From positions 1 to 37,527 of the forward strand of contig NW_021835826.1 in NCBI RefSeq assembly GCF_006345805.1: a stretch of 37,527 nucleotides of DNA, given 5' to 3'. The stretch is from Octopus sinensis (taxonomy: Eukaryota). The position numbers and the translations under genes were made by a program. Each line of letters opens with the position of its first letter. Positions within the stretch are counted from its first letter, which is position 1. The notes under the pieces were generated by a model. The model ran no database searches. It was not told where the DNA came from and worked only from the letters and a program-made list of their open reading frames with translations. Below, one piece after another: positions 33,788-37,527 of the stretch.

Positions 33788-34226
33788 ATACACACCACAT
33801 ATATATATATATATAATATATATATATATATATTATATATATATATATATATATATGTATATGAGATAGAAACACATAAACCCCTACGAACCAGCAATAC
33901 ATATCAGGTTTCGTCAATGACGAGATGGCGGTTTAAGCTTTTAGCTTGTTATACCACGTATTTACTGGACAAAATTACTATCGATCTGCGATAAATGATT
34001 GGTTTGAACTTTATGGAGTTCTGTGATGGATAATGCTATTTCAGGCTAAAATATTCTTCTTTATTTCATGCCATTACTCCATATTGAATATGTGTTTGTT
34101 TTGCTTTGTGGGAGTTGTTCATTATATACCATAATTATATCTTCTAGTTTGTCAATGAATCTATAAATTATTATGACGTGTAATTACGTGCATGCGCACT
34201 GACATAAACACGCAAGCATATGTAAA

Positions 34227-34263
<37 letters not shown>

Positions 34264-34295
34264 CAGGCAAATACATTTACATGTATATATATATA

Positions 34296-34331
<36 letters not shown>

Positions 34332-34434
34332 TATATATAGATATATATATGTATACACACACAATTAGACCAATAAACACACACACACACAAATACACAC
34401 ATATATATAATCCGTATCGCTTAAACCAGATATG

Positions 34435-34483
<49 letters not shown>

Positions 34484-34552
34484 GTGGTGGATACGTGCGT
34501 GTGTGTATATATACACATATATATGTATATGTATATGTATAAATATATGTAT

Positions 34553-34587
<35 letters not shown>

Positions 34588-34603
34588 ACACACATATATA
34601 TAT

Positions 34604-34646
<43 letters not shown>

Positions 34647-34783
34647 AAATAAGCAATGTTGCTTATTTTGATTTTAATCACCTTATTTTGAAATTGTATG
34701 GATAAATACCGTACTAAATTCTGGTGCCTCGACTTAAGTACCATATTCATCTGTATCTAACTCTTGTTATATATATATGCGCA

Positions 34784-34837
<54 letters not shown>

Positions 34838-34898
34838 TATATATATATACATATATATATATATACATATATATATATACAATTATAGCAATATATAT

Positions 34899-35102
34899 AA
34901 CAATATATGCGCATGCGTGGAATTATATGGTAATAAAGACTCACAGTAAAAATCACGTGCATACATACAGACACACTCGCGCACGCGCATATATATGTAT
35001 GTATATATATATATCAGATTTTTGTCTGTATGTATGCACGTGAATCTTTTTTACTGTGAGTCTTTTATTGCCATATAATTCCACGCATGCGCATATATTG
35101 TT
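34899..35102. repeat. Fold-back inverted repeat, ~75-80-bp arms, 49-bp spacer
   Basis: 34899-34973 pairs with 35023-35102; differences are one substitution plus homopolymer-length changes. Confidence 0.85.
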
Positions 35103-35512
35103 AAACCGTTATAATTTGATATTTTCTGAAACGCTTAACCACGTGTAAACTAATTTAAATTTCTCCAACCAATCATCACTAATCAATACATAGACTCATT
35201 TCTGTTCATTCTTATTTTATTTTTGTCCTACTTTTATTTATTTATTTATTTATTTACTTTATTTTTATCTTTATCTTATTGATTTGATGTTTTATAACTT
35301 TTATTTTTATTGTTATTGTATTTACTTTGTATATTACTTATTCTACCTTATTACGTATTTTACATTCTTTTTCATTATATTCAAATTAGACCGTTATCCC
35401 TCAAACACACACACACAAAATAAAAATGTAATAACTCCATATACTTAGTCAGCCAGTATGAACTAAGATGTCCGCCTGTAATCTTTTAATATATATCTTT
35501 TTCCGTGATGAT

Positions 35513-36287
35513 ATAGTGTTTATACCCTACAAATGCAAATTTAAACCATAATTTGTAATTTATTTAATAAACACAATTGAAACAGCTGTAGGAAGTATGA
35601 AGAATCATCATAATAAATAATTATTAACTTTCAATTCACCATATTCTTTCCTGCTATTAAGCGAATGTGCATTTATATCATAACATATACCTAATGATTT
35701 AGGGGAATTTTATAGTGTTTATACCCTACAAATGCAAATTTAAACCATACATTTGTAATTTATTTAATAAACACAATTGAAACAGTTGTAGGAAGTATGA
35801 CGAATCATCATAATAAATAATTATTAACTTTCAACTCTGCATATTCTTTCCTGCTATTAAGCGATTGTGCATTATATCATAACATATACCTACTGATTTA
35901 GGGGGATTTTATAGTGTTTATACCCTACAAATGCAAATTTAAACCATAAATTTGTAATTTATGTAATAAACACAATTGAAACAGCTGTGAATTATGACGT
36001 ATCATCATAATAAATAATTATTAACTTTCAACTCACCATATTCTCCTATATTAAGCGCTTGTGCATTTTATCATAACATATACCTACTGATTTGGGGAAT
36101 TTTATAGTGTTTATACCCTACAATGCAATTTAAACCACAAAATTGTAATTTATTAATAAACCAATTGAAACAGCTGTAGAAATGACGAATATCATAATAA
36201 ATAATTATTAACGTTCAACTCACCATTTCTTCCTGCTATTAAGCGAAGTGCATTATATCATAACATATACCTATGATTTAGGGGAAT
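35513..36287 (+). repeat. Tandem repeat, 4 units of ~199 bp
   Basis: Units start at 35513, 35712, 35911 and 36104 (atagtgtttataccctacaa...); lengths 199, 199, 193 and ~184. Confidence 0.93.
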
Positions 36288-36658
36288 GTTATTTCCCAAA
36301 AATATATTTGGTAAAGAACCAATGATATTTGGATGTAATCATCCCTTTATGGGCTTAATATAACCTCTTTTTAACTATTATAAATTTAACTATTATATAT
36401 TGGAGTGATGTTTCTCTGTCCGTTAGTGTTTTTTGTTCGTTAATTCTTCTTAGGCCGTTGGTGCAAGGACAACGAAACTTAAACCAGCAACTCCCCTATT
36501 CCCAAGGAATGCCCTAAGCGTGTCTATTGTTTTGAAAGGCCGTATAATTGGGGCCTCCACCGTCCCCTATTTTTACTGCATTTTAAACTAAATACATGGC
36601 ATTGGCGACCAAATCGGAGCAATAGCAATGAATTTCATAATGAACACCCAAGGAGTAT

Positions 36659-36700
<42 letters not shown>

Positions 36701-36786
36701 ATATTATATATATATATATAGATATATATATATATATAGATATATATATTATATATATATATAATATATATTATATATATATATAA

Positions 36787-37083
36787 TAACAAATGGGTAA
36801 AATTATTAATTAAGAAAGAAGTAATCATAAATTTCACCAAGTAGAATTCGGGTGTGAAAACAGGACCGTTACAGGTAAATTTTAGTAATACTAATAAAAC
36901 GGGTTCAGCAAAGAATTGCCTCACCACACATCGAAGTTCAGAAATAGCAGCCAAAAATCTAGCAATTTCTTCTACTTGAAAGGACCCTTTTTAAAGTAGA
37001 CGAAATGGCTAAGATTTTTGGCTGCTATTTCTGAACTTCGGTGTGTGGTGAGGCAATTCTTTGCTGAACCCTTATTATTAGTA
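36787..37083 (-). mobile_element. Unclassified hairpin-plus-tail element, copy 2
   Basis: Tail 36787-36888 and palindrome 36889-37083; homologous to 28997-29328 in opposite orientation; flanked by (TA)n on both sides. Confidence 0.8.
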
Positions 37084-37321
37084 TATATATATATATTATA
37101 TATATTATATATATATATATATATATAATATGTGTGTTATATGTATATTATATGTTAGATTTATTTTATTATATATATAATGCTGTGTGTGTGTGGGTAT
37201 GGTCAGATTTTCTCCTGTCGGAGACAGCTGCGGTTCAGTAGAATAAGCTTTTATCTGTCTATGGACACGAAGGTGTCTCGAGTCTTGCTGGTACCTTAAG
37301 CCTCTATATATATTATATATA

Positions 37322-37355
<34 letters not shown>

Positions 37356-37527
37356 CATGTAGTATGTATGTATGTATATGTATATACACACGCACACATA
37401 TACATATATAGGAGAAAGATGTGTATACATCTATATATTAGGGTACCACTTTCTGTACGGCCCGATTACAAAATGACTCCAAAACTTATTACTGGTTTCC
37501 GGACCCGAGGTTAGAGACCCCGTACTG

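Noticed and set aside
1087-37514. The ~130 six-frame ORFs as host genes (poly-T, poly-V, YI/CV-repeat, poly-E/R and similar)
   Set aside because: They are translations of microsatellites, low-complexity tracts or SINE bodies. Recurrent peptides such as MRNWYLIYRPRK (10317 and 14335) are the same SINE read twice.

Overview
AT-rich eukaryotic repeat-dominated DNA, apparently intronic or intergenic. I found no supportable host protein-coding exon, tRNA or rRNA; nearly all listed ORFs are translations of microsatellites or SINEs. The repeat complement looks like an octopod cephalopod genome (inference from recall, not a database search). It comprises four tRNA-headed SINE families (called A-D here), (TA)n/(CA)n/(GATA)n/(TAA)n/(ACC)n tracts, Tc1/mariner relics, MITEs, a Helitron-like element and many Penelope-like element (PLE) fragments. 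The PLE fragments include a GIY-YIG endonuclease relic, an RT 'VDD' relic and several hammerhead ribozyme (HHR) motifs. The most striking theme is a recurring cassette: (TA)n - inverted arm - arm - unique tail - (TA)n, seen at least 6 times. Some instances carry HHRs with a palindromic ACACGUGU stem III. One HHR-less family occurs twice with the same fold-back point and with copy-specific substitutions mirrored in both arms. Other notable items are a SINE trimer inserted as one TSD-flanked unit, SINEs with swapped tails, a ~585-bp inverted duplication 23 kb apart, and two mariner copies sharing one deletion junction. Several fold-backs differ mainly by homopolymer indels, so long-read or assembly artefacts must be excluded. 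Coordinates were counted by hand; element edges may be off by a few bases.
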